In this document: positions 28,074-38,685 of the stretch, piece after piece
Layout: the number at the start of each line of letters is the position of its first letter
Position numbering within the stretch: position 1 is the first letter of the stretch
Assembly (NCBI GenBank): GCA_963708025.1
Contig: CAVPSB010000020.1
Span: forward strand, 1 to 64,000
DNA from: an uncultured Candidatus Rokubacteria bacterium
GTDB taxonomy: Bacteria; Methylomirabilota; Methylomirabilia; Rokubacteriales; DASRDR01
DNA: 64,000 bases
Direction: 5' to 3'
Program-made: the position numbers and the translations under genes
Notes under the pieces: generated by a model
Told to the model about the DNA's origin: nothing
Seen by the model: only the letters and a program-made list of their open reading frames with translations
Databases searched by the model: none

Positions 28074-29774
28074 ATGGGTGGATCCGAAGGAAAGTCGGCG
28101 CGACGGGAGACCGCAGCGGACGTCGTCGTGATCGGATCGGGCGGGGCCGGGCTCATGGCGGCGGCCACGGCGGCGGCCCACGGACTCCGGGTCGTGGTCC
28201 TGGAGGCGGCCGCCAAGCTGGGCGGCACGACGAGCCTGTCGGGCGGCAACCTGTGGGTCCCTGACAGCCCGCACCTGCGGGCCGCTGGCCTGGAGGACAG
28301 CCGGGCGAGCGCCCTCACCTACCTGGAGCACGTCACCCTGGGCGAAGTGCCCCGGCCCGCCCTCGAGGCGTACCTGGTCGCCGGGCCGGCGATGCTCCGG
28401 TTCGCCGAGACGTGCCTCGGGGTCCGCTTCCACCTCGTGCCGGAGCTGCCAGACTACCGGCCGGACCTGCCGGGGGCGCACGTGGGTGGCCGGACGATCG
28501 AGGCGGACCCCATTGCGGCAGCCGAGGCGGGCGCGTGGGCGGACCGCGTGCACGTCGGCCCCACGTTCGCGCCGATGACCTACCAGGAGGTCATCCGGTG
28601 GCGGGGCTACGCGTACCCGCACCACATCGATCACGCGCTGGTGGCCCAGCGTCGACGCGACGGGATCCGCACGCTGGGACTGGCCCTGGTCACCGCGCTG
28701 GTGAAGGCGTGCGTGGCGCACGGCGTGACATTCGCGACCGACACGCGGGTCACGGCGCTGCGGCGGACGACCACGGGGCGTGTCGGTGGCGTCGAGGCTG
28801 TCAGGAGCGGCGAGCCGATCCGACTCGCGGCTCGTGGGGGGGTGGTCCTCGCCTGCGGCGGCTACGAGTGGAACGAGGCCATGACCCGGGCCTTCCTCAA
28901 GGGACCCCTCCGCGGGCCGGCCGGCCTCTGCCACAATCGAGGGTCGAACGTGGAGCTCGCCACGCAGGTCGGCGCGCGGCTCGACTTCCTCAGCGAGGCG
29001 TGGTGGTACCCCACGGTGCACGTCCCCGGGGAGACGTTCGAAGGGGCGCCGCTGTACCGGATGTTCCGCGAGCGCTCGCTGCCCGGGTGCATCATGGTGA
29101 ACCGGGCCGGCCGGCGCTTCGTCGACGAGGCGCAATCCTACAACGATCTTGTGCGTGCCCTCCACGAGTTCGACGTGGGCGCCTACGCGTGGCGTAACCT
29201 GCCCGCCTTCCTGCTGGTGGACGCCCGCTTTCGTCGGACCTACTCCTTCCAGACGCTGGCGCCGGGAGACGCGGCAGCCGCGTGGCTCCCCGCGTATCCG
29301 ACGTGGGAGGCCCTCGCGGCGGCCCACGGCATCGACGCGGCCGGCCTCGGCCGCACGATGGAGGCCTACAACCGGGCGGCCGAGCGCGGCGAGGACCCGG
29401 CCTTCGGCCGGGGCGGGCGCACGTTCGGACCCTACGCCGGGGACCCCGCCCACCGGCCGAACCCGTGCCTCGGGCCGCTCGCCGAGCCGCCCTTCTTCGC
29501 GATGGAGGTGCACCCGGGCGCGCTTGGCACGAAGGGGGGACCTGCCACCGACGCGGACGCCCGGGTCCTCGGCTGGGACGGCCAGGTGATCGACGGCCTC
29601 TACGCGTGCGGGAACGCTGCGGCCAGCGTGATGGGACCGGGCTACCCCGGCGCCGGCGCGACCCTCGGTCCCGCGCTGGCGTTCGGGTACGTGGCGGGGC
29701 GGAGCCTCGATACCGGCGCCCGCCGGACCGGACGCGCTGCTCGCGCGCGGGACCCGCTGGACGATCGAGACTAG
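28074..29774 (+). CDS. FAD-dependent oxidoreductase, 3-ketosteroid-delta1-dehydrogenase-like
   Basis: DVVVIGSGGAG, GGTTSLSGGNLWVP, GTKGGP.TD, GLYACGN, GPGYPGAGATLGPA. Confidence 0.8.
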   Translation: MGGSEGKSARRETAADVVVIGSGGAGLMAAATAAAHGLRVVVLEAAAKLGGTTSLSGGNLWVPDSPHLRAAGLEDSRASALTYLEHVTLGEVPRPALEAYLVAGPAMLRFAETCLGVRFHLVPELPDYRPDLPGAHVGGRTIEADPIAAAEAGAWADRVHVGPTFAPMTYQEVIRWRGYAYPHHIDHALVAQRRRDGIRTLGLALVTALVKACVAHGVTFATDTRVTALRRTTTGRVGGVEAVRSGEPIRLAARGGVVLACGGYEWNEAMTRAFLKGPLRGPAGLCHNRGSNVELATQVGARLDFLSEAWWYPTVHVPGETFEGAPLYRMFRERSLPGCIMVNRAGRRFVDEAQSYNDLVRALHEFDVGAYAWRNLPAFLLVDARFRRTYSFQTLAPGDAAAAWLPAYPTWEALAAAHGIDAAGLGRTMEAYNRAAERGEDPAFGRGGRTFGPYAGDPAHRPNPCLGPLAEPPFFAMEVHPGALGTKGGPATDADARVLGWDGQVIDGLYACGNAAASVMGPGYPGAGATLGPALAFGYVAGRSLDTGARRTGRAARARDPLDDRD

Positions 29775-29798
29775 CCGCCCTGATGCGTGGGAGAGACG

Positions 29799-30155
29799 AT
29801 GATCAAGCGCCGCGTGTTCTTCAAGCTGAAGGACGGCCTGCCGCCGTCGCAGCACGAGGAGGTGCGGGGGCGCTTCCTCCGCATGCCGGTCGAGATCCCC
29901 GACATCGTGCGCCACTGCTTCGCGCGCAACGAGAGCTGGGACTCGCAGTTCGAGTACATCTGGGAAGTCGAGTTCCGCGACCGGGCGGCGCTCCAGCGGT
30001 ACACCGACCATCCCTACCACGAGACGGTCCGCGCCCTCTTCCCGAATCCCCACCCGGCGCGCGGGGCGATCCTGACCGAGGACGACGGCAGCAAGCCGAC
30101 ATGTCTCGTTCAGCGCTTCGCCATGGTGGACTACGAGGTCGAAGACGACGACTGA
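29799..30155 (+). CDS. Dabb (stress-responsive A/B barrel) family protein
   Basis: MIKRRVFFKLK..., VEFRDRAALQRYTDHPYH, VDYE. Confidence 0.7.
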   Translation: MIKRRVFFKLKDGLPPSQHEEVRGRFLRMPVEIPDIVRHCFARNESWDSQFEYIWEVEFRDRAALQRYTDHPYHETVRALFPNPHPARGAILTEDDGSKPTCLVQRFAMVDYEVEDDD

Positions 30156-30234
30156 GCGACGCCGACCCCAGGCGATGGCGACGGAGCACCGTCACCACGG
30201 CCGGCCATCCACTCCTTGCCCAGGAGGCACTCAC

Positions 30235-30579
30235 ATGCGCGTCCGAGTATCCGAGACGCCCGAGATTCCGCTGCCGGAGCAGTCCCTCACGATGCGGCGG
30301 CTCGCCAACCGAGACCAGCACGGCCCGGACATCAGCGTTACGTGGGTGAAGATCTGGGGCCGCCACCGGAAGATGCGGTCCGACAACACCACGCGGGTCT
30401 ACTACTTCCTCGACGGGACCGGGGAATTCAAGCTGGGGGACGGCGAGCCGTTCGCGATCGGGAAGGATGACCTCGTCGTGATCCCCCGGGGCACGCCGTA
30501 CGAGTTCACGGGCCACATGACCTATCTCGTGATGAACGGTCCCGCCCACGTGCGCGGCGACGACATCGTGATGGAGTAA
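30235..30579 (+). CDS. cupin domain protein
   Basis: YYFLDGTGEFKLG..GKDDLVVIPRGTPY; RBS AGGAGG. Confidence 0.75.
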   Translation: MRVRVSETPEIPLPEQSLTMRRLANRDQHGPDISVTWVKIWGRHRKMRSDNTTRVYYFLDGTGEFKLGDGEPFAIGKDDLVVIPRGTPYEFTGHMTYLVMNGPAHVRGDDIVME

Positions 30580-30617
30580 AGACGGGCCCCCCGTCCACCT
30601 TCGCCAAGGAGAGGGAC

Positions 30618-31562
30618 ATGAGCCGGAAGGACGTGCGCAAGGTGCCCGTGCGTGATCGGCAGCACGGGGTGGAGAGCTTCGTGCCGGTCGGCACAGTGGA
30701 GGGCGCCCGCCCGGGGCGCGCCCTCGTCGTGATCGGCGGCGTGCACGGCACGGAGTACGCCGCCCAGGACGCCGTGCAACGGTTCTGGGATAGCCTCGAC
30801 CCCGCGGAGCTGGCCGGGACCGTGAGGGTCGTCCTCGGTGCCGACATGACCGCGCTCCTGGCCCACACCCCCTTCCTCAACCCGGTCGACGGCAAGAACC
30901 TCAACCGGACGTGGCCCGGCCAGCCCGAGGGATCGCTGACCGAGGTTGTCGCCCACACGATCACGACGGACGTGATCGCCGGCGCCGACGCCGTGATCGA
31001 CGTCCACGGGGGAGAGTGGGACCAGGCCATCCGCATGTTCACCTTCACTCACCGGGGGATCGACCCCGAGGTGGATCGCCGGGCGCTGGACCTGGCCGTG
31101 GCCACCGGCTTCCCGTTCGTCGAAGTGACCGACGCCAACGGTCCCGTCCTCGGCCGCGGCACAACGTCGGCGGAGGCGATGCGTGGCGGCCACCCAGCCG
31201 TCACGATCGAGGCGGGCGGGCGCGCCCGACGGGAGGAGTGGGCCATCAGGGCGCATGTCAACGCGCTGCAGAACGCGCTCCGCCACCTCGGGATCGTGCC
31301 GGGTCCGCCGGTGCCCTGGGCGGGCACGCCGGTGGTCCTGACCCGTGGCGTCAACGTGGAGACCCATGCGGCCGGCCGCTTCGAGCCCGCGATGGACGCC
31401 GGCGACTGGATCGAGGAGGGCGCGCTGTTCGGCCGCGTGGTCGACGTGGATGGCCGGGTGCTCGAGGAATTGCGCGCGCCGGCCTCGGGGACCGTGCTCT
31501 ACCTGATGGCCGCTCGGTGGATCAAGGCCAGGGGCTTCGCCGGCAAGATCGGGGTGCCTTGA
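30618..31562 (+). CDS. succinylglutamate desuccinylase/aspartoacylase (M14) family hydrolase
   Basis: GGVHGTE, DGKNLNRTWPG, IDVHGG, TIEAGG. Confidence 0.85.
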   Translation: MSRKDVRKVPVRDRQHGVESFVPVGTVEGARPGRALVVIGGVHGTEYAAQDAVQRFWDSLDPAELAGTVRVVLGADMTALLAHTPFLNPVDGKNLNRTWPGQPEGSLTEVVAHTITTDVIAGADAVIDVHGGEWDQAIRMFTFTHRGIDPEVDRRALDLAVATGFPFVEVTDANGPVLGRGTTSAEAMRGGHPAVTIEAGGRARREEWAIRAHVNALQNALRHLGIVPGPPVPWAGTPVVLTRGVNVETHAAGRFEPAMDAGDWIEEGALFGRVVDVDGRVLEELRAPASGTVLYLMAARWIKARGFAGKIGVP

Positions 31563-31768
31563 CGGTCTGCCGGCCCGTTCCCGGGGGCCCTCCGTGCGCC
31601 CGGCTGTGAGCGACCGGCGGGCGGCCCTCAGGTTCCGGCTGGAGTTCTTGAGCGGGACAGGTGGCGTTCGGGAAGCTCCGCGCCCGCCCCGAGATGCGCG
31701 GAATCGGCCTCCCGGACCTGTGAGCGGGAACCTCAAGACGCTTCACGAGCAGGGAGTGAGGGGCTACG

Positions 31769-31978
31769 ATGCCGGCACCGTTCGGAGTGTGCTCCGTGTG
31801 CAAGAAGCCGATCCCGATGGGGGTAAAGTACTACCGGTGCTCGGTGTCGACCTGTAATTCCGGACGCCTAAAGCTCACCTTCTGCAGCGTGCGCTGCTGG
31901 GACATCCACCTGCCGGAGGCGCGCCACCGCGACGCCGGCGCGGTCGAGGAGATGGCCCGGGCGTCCGGCCCGCGGTAA
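31769..31978 (+). CDS. small Cys/His-rich zinc-finger protein (69 aa)
   Basis: CSVC..RCSVSTC..FCSVRCWDIH..ARH; purine-rich RBS; protein-like composition in a GC-rich background. Confidence 0.7.
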   Translation: MPAPFGVCSVCKKPIPMGVKYYRCSVSTCNSGRLKLTFCSVRCWDIHLPEARHRDAGAVEEMARASGPR

Positions 31979-32079
31979 CGGCCCACCGGTCCAAGGCAAG
32001 GCGCTTGACACCCGCCGGCGAAGCCCTGAGATTTGACGTCCGCCTCCTGTGCCGGTCAAACACCCCACCTGCTGGAGCG

Positions 32080-32120
32080 GGAGTCGGTGGTTCGAATCCG
32101 GTTGCGCCTCGGTTGCGTCC
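32080..32120 (+). repeat. tRNA T-arm-like att-site remnant, copy 1
   Basis: GGAGTCGGTGGTTCGAATCCGGTTGCGCCTCGGTTGCGTCC; no full cloverleaf; direct repeat of 36177-36215. Confidence 0.55.
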
Positions 32121-32253
32121 GGTTGCCCTGTGGCATCCACCGGGCGTAGACGCGGAACAGCACGGCGGTCTTGCTCCTCGGCTTGACAGGGCGTTCGCGC
32201 GTGCTCGATCATACGGTCGCCTCCCGAGACCCCGCGCGAGAGAGGAGTCGGCA

Positions 32254-33048
32254 GTGCTCGAGAACCGCGTCATGCGCATCGTCCGCGAGGGCGGGATCGC
32301 GCTGGCGACGTTCGGTGGGTGCTTCCGCGGACCCGAGGTCGTGGAGCTCATCGGTCACGCCGGCTATGATGGCGTCTTCATCGACATGGAGCACGTCGGC
32401 CACGACCTGCGGGACGTCCAGGAGATGGTGCGTGTCGCGGAGCGGTTCGGTATCACGCCGATCGTGCGCACGCCGGGGTGCGACCCTGGCCTGATCCTCC
32501 GGCTCCTGGACATGGGCGTGCAGGGTATCCAGATCCCCCACGTCACCGACGCCGCCGCCGCGCGGGCCGCCGTCGCGGCGGTGCGGTACGCGCCGCTCGG
32601 CGCCCGTGGGCTGATCGGCTTCAGCCGGGCCACCGAGTACGGCAGAGTGCCCCTGGTTCGGCACATCGAGCAGTCGAACCGGGAGGTGATGCTGGCCGTC
32701 ATGATCGAAGATGCGGAGGCGGTCGACGAGATCGACGCGATCGCCGCGGTCGACGGCATCGACCTCGTGGCCCCGGGGCCGAACGACCTGGCCGGCTCGC
32801 TCGGCGTGCCCGGGCAGACCGACCACCCCCGGCTGATGGCGGCGATGGAGCGCGTCGCGGGGGCCGCGAAGAGGGCGGGGAGGCGTCTCGTCCTGCCACT
32901 CGGGCATCCCGTGTATCCGCGGACCGTGGCCGAGTGCCGGGACCTGGGCGCCGGTCTCTTGCTTTGCGGCGCGGCTCCCGAGGTTCGCCTCCTTCGGTCC
33001 CTGTCTTCCGAGGTGACGGAGCTTCACCGCGCCACCGGCCGGAGCTGA
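32254..33048 (+). CDS. HpcH/HpaI aldolase family protein
   Basis: GYDGVFIDMEH, LLDMGVQGIQIPHV, VMIED, GPNDL. Confidence 0.88.
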   Translation: MLENRVMRIVREGGIALATFGGCFRGPEVVELIGHAGYDGVFIDMEHVGHDLRDVQEMVRVAERFGITPIVRTPGCDPGLILRLLDMGVQGIQIPHVTDAAAARAAVAAVRYAPLGARGLIGFSRATEYGRVPLVRHIEQSNREVMLAVMIEDAEAVDEIDAIAAVDGIDLVAPGPNDLAGSLGVPGQTDHPRLMAAMERVAGAAKRAGRRLVLPLGHPVYPRTVAECRDLGAGLLLCGAAPEVRLLRSLSSEVTELHRATGRS

Positions 33049-33185
33049 TTCTCGCGGAATCGAGTCACGTGGGCACTGCACGATACCCGTGCCTGCGCGT
33101 CACCGCAAGACGGGAGGCTGTCATTGGCGCTCTGGGAACCCGGATGGTGGTGGCGACGCCGACAACCCGAGCGCGGGAGGACATC

Positions 33186-34494
33186 ATGAGGAGCCTGAGG
33201 ATCTGGCTGGTGTTGGTGCTCTGCGTGCTGTTCGTCGGGACGGGCGGCGTCGCGCGGGCGGCCGAGCTGACGTGGTGGAGCCACTGGGCCCCGCAGGAGA
33301 ACAAGAAGACCGTTCTCTTCGAGGTGAAGCGGCGCTTCGAGGCCGCGCATCCCGGCACCACGGTGACCCTCACGTTCTGGGAGCTGGCCAACATGTATCC
33401 GGCCCTCCGGGCCGCGCTGACCGCGGGCTCCGGATTTCCGGATGTCTTCACGTTCGACACGACCGCGCTGGAATTCATCCCGGCGGGATGGCTGGCGGAT
33501 CTCTCGGGCGGCATCCGCTGGGAAAACGTGGAGCCCTACGGCAAAGCCTTCTGGACGCGGCCCGGCCCCGGCGGGAAGGTCGGGACCTGGGCGTTCCCCA
33601 TCGAGGCCGCCTCCGACGAGATCTACTTCAACAAGAAGATGTTCCGGCAGCTCGGCATCGAGGTGCCGGCGAGCTTCGCCTTCACCCAGGACCAGTTCAA
33701 GGACGTGGTGGCGAGGTGCGCCAAGGCCGGCTACGCCGCGTTCGCTACCGGGGCGGCCGACCGCGCCTGGGCCGCCCTGTTCATCCCCATGGACCTCCTG
33801 CTGAGCAAGCTGGGCGGCGAGGATCTCGTGAAGCTGGGACGGGGCCAGCTTTCCTGGAAGGACCCCCGCGTGGTGGACGTCTTCCGTTACTACAAGGAGC
33901 TGATCGATCTCGGGGCGTACGCGAAGACTCTGGCCAGCATGACCCTGGCCGACGCGCATCGGTACTTCCACACGGACCAGAAGGCGTGCATGTTCCCGGT
34001 CGGCTCCTGGTATACCGGGCGCGCGTTCGTCCCGCCGGACAAGGGCGGGCAGCCGAAGGACTTCGAGCTGGGCCTCCTGAACTATCCCCTGATGAAGGAC
34101 GGGAAGGGCCACGGAGAGAAGCTGCTGGGTGTCGCGGGATCCTATGCCGTCGCCGCCCAGAGCCCGAACCGGCCGCTGGCGACCGAGCTGCTGAACACCT
34201 TCGCCAGCGTGGACATCGGCAACCTGTGGATGGCGCAGACGGGCATCCAGACCGGGATCAAGACCGATCCCGCGCGGATCGACAGTCCGCATCAAGTGGT
34301 ACTTCGAGGAGTTCGGGAAGGTCAACAAGGCCAACAAGTGGGTGGATCTCCCCGCCCAGGACATGAAGGCCCTGATGAAGCCCGGCCTGTGGGACACCTG
34401 GGTCGCCACGGTCAACCAGGGCCTCCCGAACAAGCTCATCGGGCCCGACGAGGCCCTGGCCAAGCTGGAGGAGGCGCGCCTCAAGGGCCGCTGA
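33186..34494 (+). CDS. carbohydrate-type ABC extracellular solute-binding protein with a frameshift near 34290; no permease adjacent
   Basis: Signal peptide, LTWWSHW, FEAAHPG, IYFNKKMF, PVGSW; the C-terminus IKWYFEEF..KGR* lies in a shifted frame. Confidence 0.75.
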
Positions 34495-34537
34495 TAGGCC
34501 TGATCGCGGGGAAGCGGGAGCGCCGCGCGAGGCGTCC

Positions 34538-35501
34538 ATGTCGTACACGGTGATGTACTGGAACCGGGCCCCCGAAGACGTCTACGAGGTGATCCGCCGG
34601 GAGCTGCCTTCCGGCTGGAGGCTGGTCGTGCCGGCCGGCGACGTCTCCGGCGGCGTGCCACGGCCAGCTCGCCGACGTGGATTTCGTCCTGACGGCGGTG
34701 TGGCCGGTCGGCGAGGAGGAGCTTCGCGCGGCCCCGAAGCTCAGGATGGTGCAGCACCAGGGCGTCGGCCACGAGCACATCGACACGGCGGCGCTCGAGC
34801 GCCGGCGGATCCCCCTCGCCCTCTGCCCTGCCGGGACGACGGTCGGCGTCGCGGAGCACACGATCCTGCTGATCCTCGCGGTGTACCGCCGGCTGGTGGT
34901 CGCCGACACCCAGCTCCGCCACGGGGCCTGGCTCCAGTGGGCGCTCCGGGCCACCTCCTTCGAGCTGGCGGAGAAGACCGTCGGGCTGGTCGGCTTCGGC
35001 CGGATCGGCCAGGCGGTGGCCAAGCGGCTCCACGCCTTCGACGCCCGCATCGTCTATCACGACCCGTTCCTGGAGGGAAGGCCGGCGGAGGCCGACGCCT
35101 GGAGTGCTCGGGCGGTCGGGCTCGACGCCCTCCTCGGGCAATCCGACGTCGTCAGCCTGCACGTGCCGGCCGCGGCCGCGACCCGGCGGCTCATGGGCGC
35201 GCGCGAATTCGCGAAGATGAGGCCATCCGCGATCCTGATCAACACGTCGCGCGGCGCCGTCGTCGACGAGCCCGCCCTGGTCGCGGCGCTGGAGGCGGGG
35301 ACGATCGCCGGGGCGGGGCTGGACGTGTTCGAGGACGAGCCGGCGCGCGCGGACCATCCCCTGTTCAAGCTGGACACCGTCGTGCTGACCCCGCACATCG
35401 CCGCCGGCACCGTGGACGCGCTGCGACAGAAGATGCGCTCCGTCTTCGCAAACTACCTCCGCTTCGTGGAGGGCACGCCGATCCGGGATCGGGTCGTCTG
35501 A
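34538..35501 (+). CDS. D-isomer-specific 2-hydroxyacid dehydrogenase with a frameshift near 34650
   Basis: GLVGFGRIG, SLHVP, INTSRGAVVDE, AGLDVFEDEP, TPHIA. Confidence 0.85.
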
Positions 35502-35589
35502 TCGGCCTGGCGGTCCGGGACGGCTGATACCAATCGACGGGGCGGGCGGGCGGACAGATCAGATCAAAGCTCTCGAAGCCTCGGGACAG

Positions 35590-35875
35590 CCTCTACTGAC
35601 GGATGGATTCAGGGGCTGGGGCCCGACCGTGTCGGAGGTCGCAGAGGTACCGAGGATCCCGATCCGATAGACCTTGCGCGTGGGGCTGGCGGGGAAGGCG
35701 CGTCGGTCCATCACTCGATGAACTTGATCCACGCGGGGCAGAATCGACGGCGATGGTGAGGCCGAGCGCCTTTGCCGCGCAAGGTTCACGACCAGCTCGA
35801 ACCTCGTCGGCTGCTCGATGGGCAGGTCGGTGGGATTGGCTCCCTGTCAGGATCTTGTCGACGTACAGTAGGTGC
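35590..35875 (-). pseudogene. tandem fragments of PF04392-type ABC substrate-binding protein genes
   Basis: C-terminal piece (YVDKIL..; DLPIEQPT.FELV; AKALGLTI) followed by an N-terminal piece (MDRRAF..KVYRIGILG). Confidence 0.7.
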
Positions 35876-36176
35876 CAAATCAACGAAAGCCTGACCTTGG
35901 ACTTCGCCGACCAGCCGGAACCAAGGCCCGTGCGTCGGATTCCCGGCAGATGAGTGAAGGAAAGGGCGCCTCTCATTGGGTGACTTGGTGTCCAGGTCAA
36001 GAACCTCATCGACGGGGTTCGGTCGTGCCGGTTCTGGTGCCGGTTCGACATGAGTCTGAGGCATAGTCAGTCACGGCGCGTCAGCGGTTCGGTGCTCGCT
36101 AAGCGCTGACTCCATCGAACCTGATCGCACTTGGGGAAGAGCAGGTCGCGTATGACGCGCGCGCACTCTGAGGAGA

Positions 36177-36215
36177 GGAGTCGGTGGTTCGAATCGGTTG
36201 CGTCTGGTTGCGTCC
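36177..36215 (+). repeat. tRNA T-arm-like att-site remnant, copy 2
   Basis: GGAGTCGGTGGTTCGAATCGGTTGCGTCTGGTTGCGTCC; first 19 bp identical to copy 1; about 70 bp from an integrase relic. Confidence 0.55.
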
Positions 36216-36287
36216 CATGCCGCATTGTGCCACGTTCTGCAAGACCGGGGGCTCGAAGTATTCGATACTTGGCACTCACAATGACTA

Positions 36288-36465
36288 CTTCTGGAAGTTC
36301 CGCCCTTTGCTAGGCGAGTGATTTCGTGGAGTTTCCCCGGGGAGGCCAAATAACTCGGCGATCGGCGGGTGCGCTCGAAGGACACCTGGGTGTAGATCTT
36401 CGTCAACTCGAGCGACTCGTGGCCGAGCGCCTCGGCGATGACCCGGATGTCCACGCCCCGGTCCA
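36288..36465 (-). pseudogene. tyrosine recombinase C-terminal remnant plus downstream flank, a duplicate of 39133-39327
   Basis: GVDIRVIAEALGHESLELTKIYTQV (LGH..Y catalytic box); shared flank CTTCTGGAAGTTCCGCCC. Confidence 0.75.
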
Positions 36466-36596
36466 CGCGGTGCCAGAGTCGGGTCCCCGATGGCCTGCCC
36501 ATCAAGGCCTGGCATGAGAGGAGTGCGGATTCCGGCGAACATGATCGCCGTTCCGACGGATCATCGTGATCGCTCATCGGAGCGCAGCGACGTCTT

Positions 36597-38198
36597 GGCG
36601 GCCGCGGTCATCGGCAAGGATGTGCCATTCGCCGTCCTCGAGGCGATCGCGGAGGTTCCCGAGGACGTCCTGCGGCACGGGCTCGCGAGCCTCCAGGCCG
36701 GCGAGTTTCTCCACGAGGCGCGCCTCTTTCCCGACCTCGAGTACACGTTCAAGCACGCCCTGACCCACGAGGTGGCGTACGGCAGCCTGCTCCAAGACCG
36801 GCGGCGGGCCCTCCACGCCCGGATCGTGGAGGCCATCGAGACGCTCTCCGCCGGCCGTCTGGCCGAGCACGTGGAGCGGCTGGCCCACCACGCGACCCGG
36901 GGTGAGGTGTGGGAGAGGGCCGTCGCGCTACCTCCGCCAGGCCGGGACCAAGGCGTTCGCGGCATCGGCCAATCCGGGAGTCGGCCACCTGCTTCGCACA
37001 GGCCCTGGACGCTTTGGCGCATCTGCCGGAGGCGCGCGAGACGACCGAGCAGGGCATCGATCTGCGGTTCGATCTCTGCAACGCGCTCTATTTCCACGGA
37101 GAGCTCGAGCGGCGCGGAGAGCTCCTCCTTCAGGCTGAACACCTGGCCCGGACACTTGATGATCGGCGGCGGCTTGGGTGGGTAAACCTCCTCATGAGCC
37201 AGAATTTCTTCTCTTTGGATGAAACGACGCACCAGCGCGCGGCCGCCGAACGGGCGCTGTCGATTGGCCAGACGCTGGCGGAGGTCCCCCTGCAGATCGC
37301 CGCCAGGTACCTGCTGGGTACGGCCTGCTTTGATTTCGGTGAATATCGGCGGGCTGAGGAACTGCTCGGTGAGGCCGTGCAGGCGCTCGACGGCGATCTG
37401 GCTAGCGAGCGTTGCGGCCTCTTCTTTTTTCCCGCCGTGATCGCCCGGGCATGGCTAGCACGAGCCTTGGCCGAGCGCGGTGCCTTCGCGCAGGGTCTCG
37501 TGTACGGGCAGGACGCGATCCGAATCGCTGAAGCGCGCGGTCACTTAGCCGGCATGAGCTACGCGCTGTGGCACCTTGGGTATCTGTGGGGGCTCAAGGG
37601 TGATTTCGCCCAGGCCATTCCCCTGCTGGAACGCGGACTCGCGGTCGCGCGCGAGACCCAAGTCCTTATTCCATCGGTACACAATGCGGGGGCGCTCGGC
37701 GACGTCCTGGTGCGGGCGGGGCGTTTAGCGGAGGGACTCGACGTCCTGCGATGGACTCAGGAAGCCCGCGAACCGTTTGGGACGGCCCAATATCTCTCGC
37801 GGTTTCTCGTGGATCTCGGTTGCGCGTACGTCGCGGCGGGCCGGTTGGATGATTCGCGGACGTCAGCAGGCAGGGCGCTGGCCCTAACGCGCGAACAAGG
37901 TCATCGGGGTCACGAAGCCTATGCGCTCCGCCTCTTAGGCGAGATAGCCTTCTTGGGCGGTCCAGTCGAAGCTGAGACCGCCGAGGGCTGTTATGGTCAG
38001 GCCCTCGCCCTCGCCACCGAGCTCGAGATGCGTCCGCTCATGGCGCACTGCCACGTCGGGCTCGCCAAGCTCTACCGCCGCGTCGGGGATCGAGCGAAGG
38101 CCGAGGAGTCCTTGGAGACGGCGATCCCGATGTACCGGGAGATGGATATGGGGTTCTGGCTCGAGCAGGCGGAGACGCAGCTGAGCGAGCCGAAGTAG
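36597..38198 (+). pseudogene. 5'-truncated cyclase-AAA-TPR protein (wHTH and TPR part only)
   Basis: AAVIGKDVPF, LFPDLEYTFKHALTHEVAY, MRPLMAHCHVGL, YREMDMGFWLEQAE; cyclase and ATPase domains absent. Confidence 0.75.
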
Positions 38199-38439
38199 GG
38201 CCGAGGCGCTACAGGATCTGCCGGCGTTGCCAGCAGGACGCGCCCTCTGACGCGGCCTTCTGCCCGACGGGACGCGGCCAGGCGGCCAGGGCTCGAGACA
38301 ACCGACGAGGTCAACCTGTGGCGACCCCGCCGAGAAACGCGCCTCCACACGGCTGGAGGTGGAAGCAGCCGAAAGATTGCGGTGGCCCGGCCCGGGAAGA
38401 CTGATCCGGTTTCGGCCCTCCTGGGACAGAGCCCATCCT

Positions 38440-38685
38440 CTATCGGCCGAACAGCCTCTCGATGAGTTCCTCTCGAGTGAGACCGAAGTGCTGGGCCACG
38501 TCGCCCAGGAGCCCAGCCAGCGTCCCGACCCGGAGTGCCGTGTGGCGTGGGATCGTAACGTGATGCTCGCCGCGTTCGCCGGTCGTCAATCGGAGGTGGC
38601 TGCCGGTCTGGCGGGTCAGCCGGTAACCGAGATCGGCGAGGGCTTTCGCGAGGTCGTCACCGGAGACGTCCCGCGGAAGCCTCAA
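38440..38685 (-). CDS. hicA: HicA family toxin (mRNA interferase)
   Basis: LPRDVSG..LGYRLTRQTGSH.RL..HHVTIPRH..LRVGTL. Confidence 0.85.
   Translation of the reverse strand: MRLPRDVSGDDLAKALADLGYRLTRQTGSHLRLTTGERGEHHVTIPRHTALRVGTLAGLLGDVAQHFGLTREELIERLFGR

Noticed and set aside
32040..32130. Intact tRNA gene
   Set aside because: Only a T-arm-like segment is present; no acceptor stem, D-arm or CCA end. The same applies at 36177.
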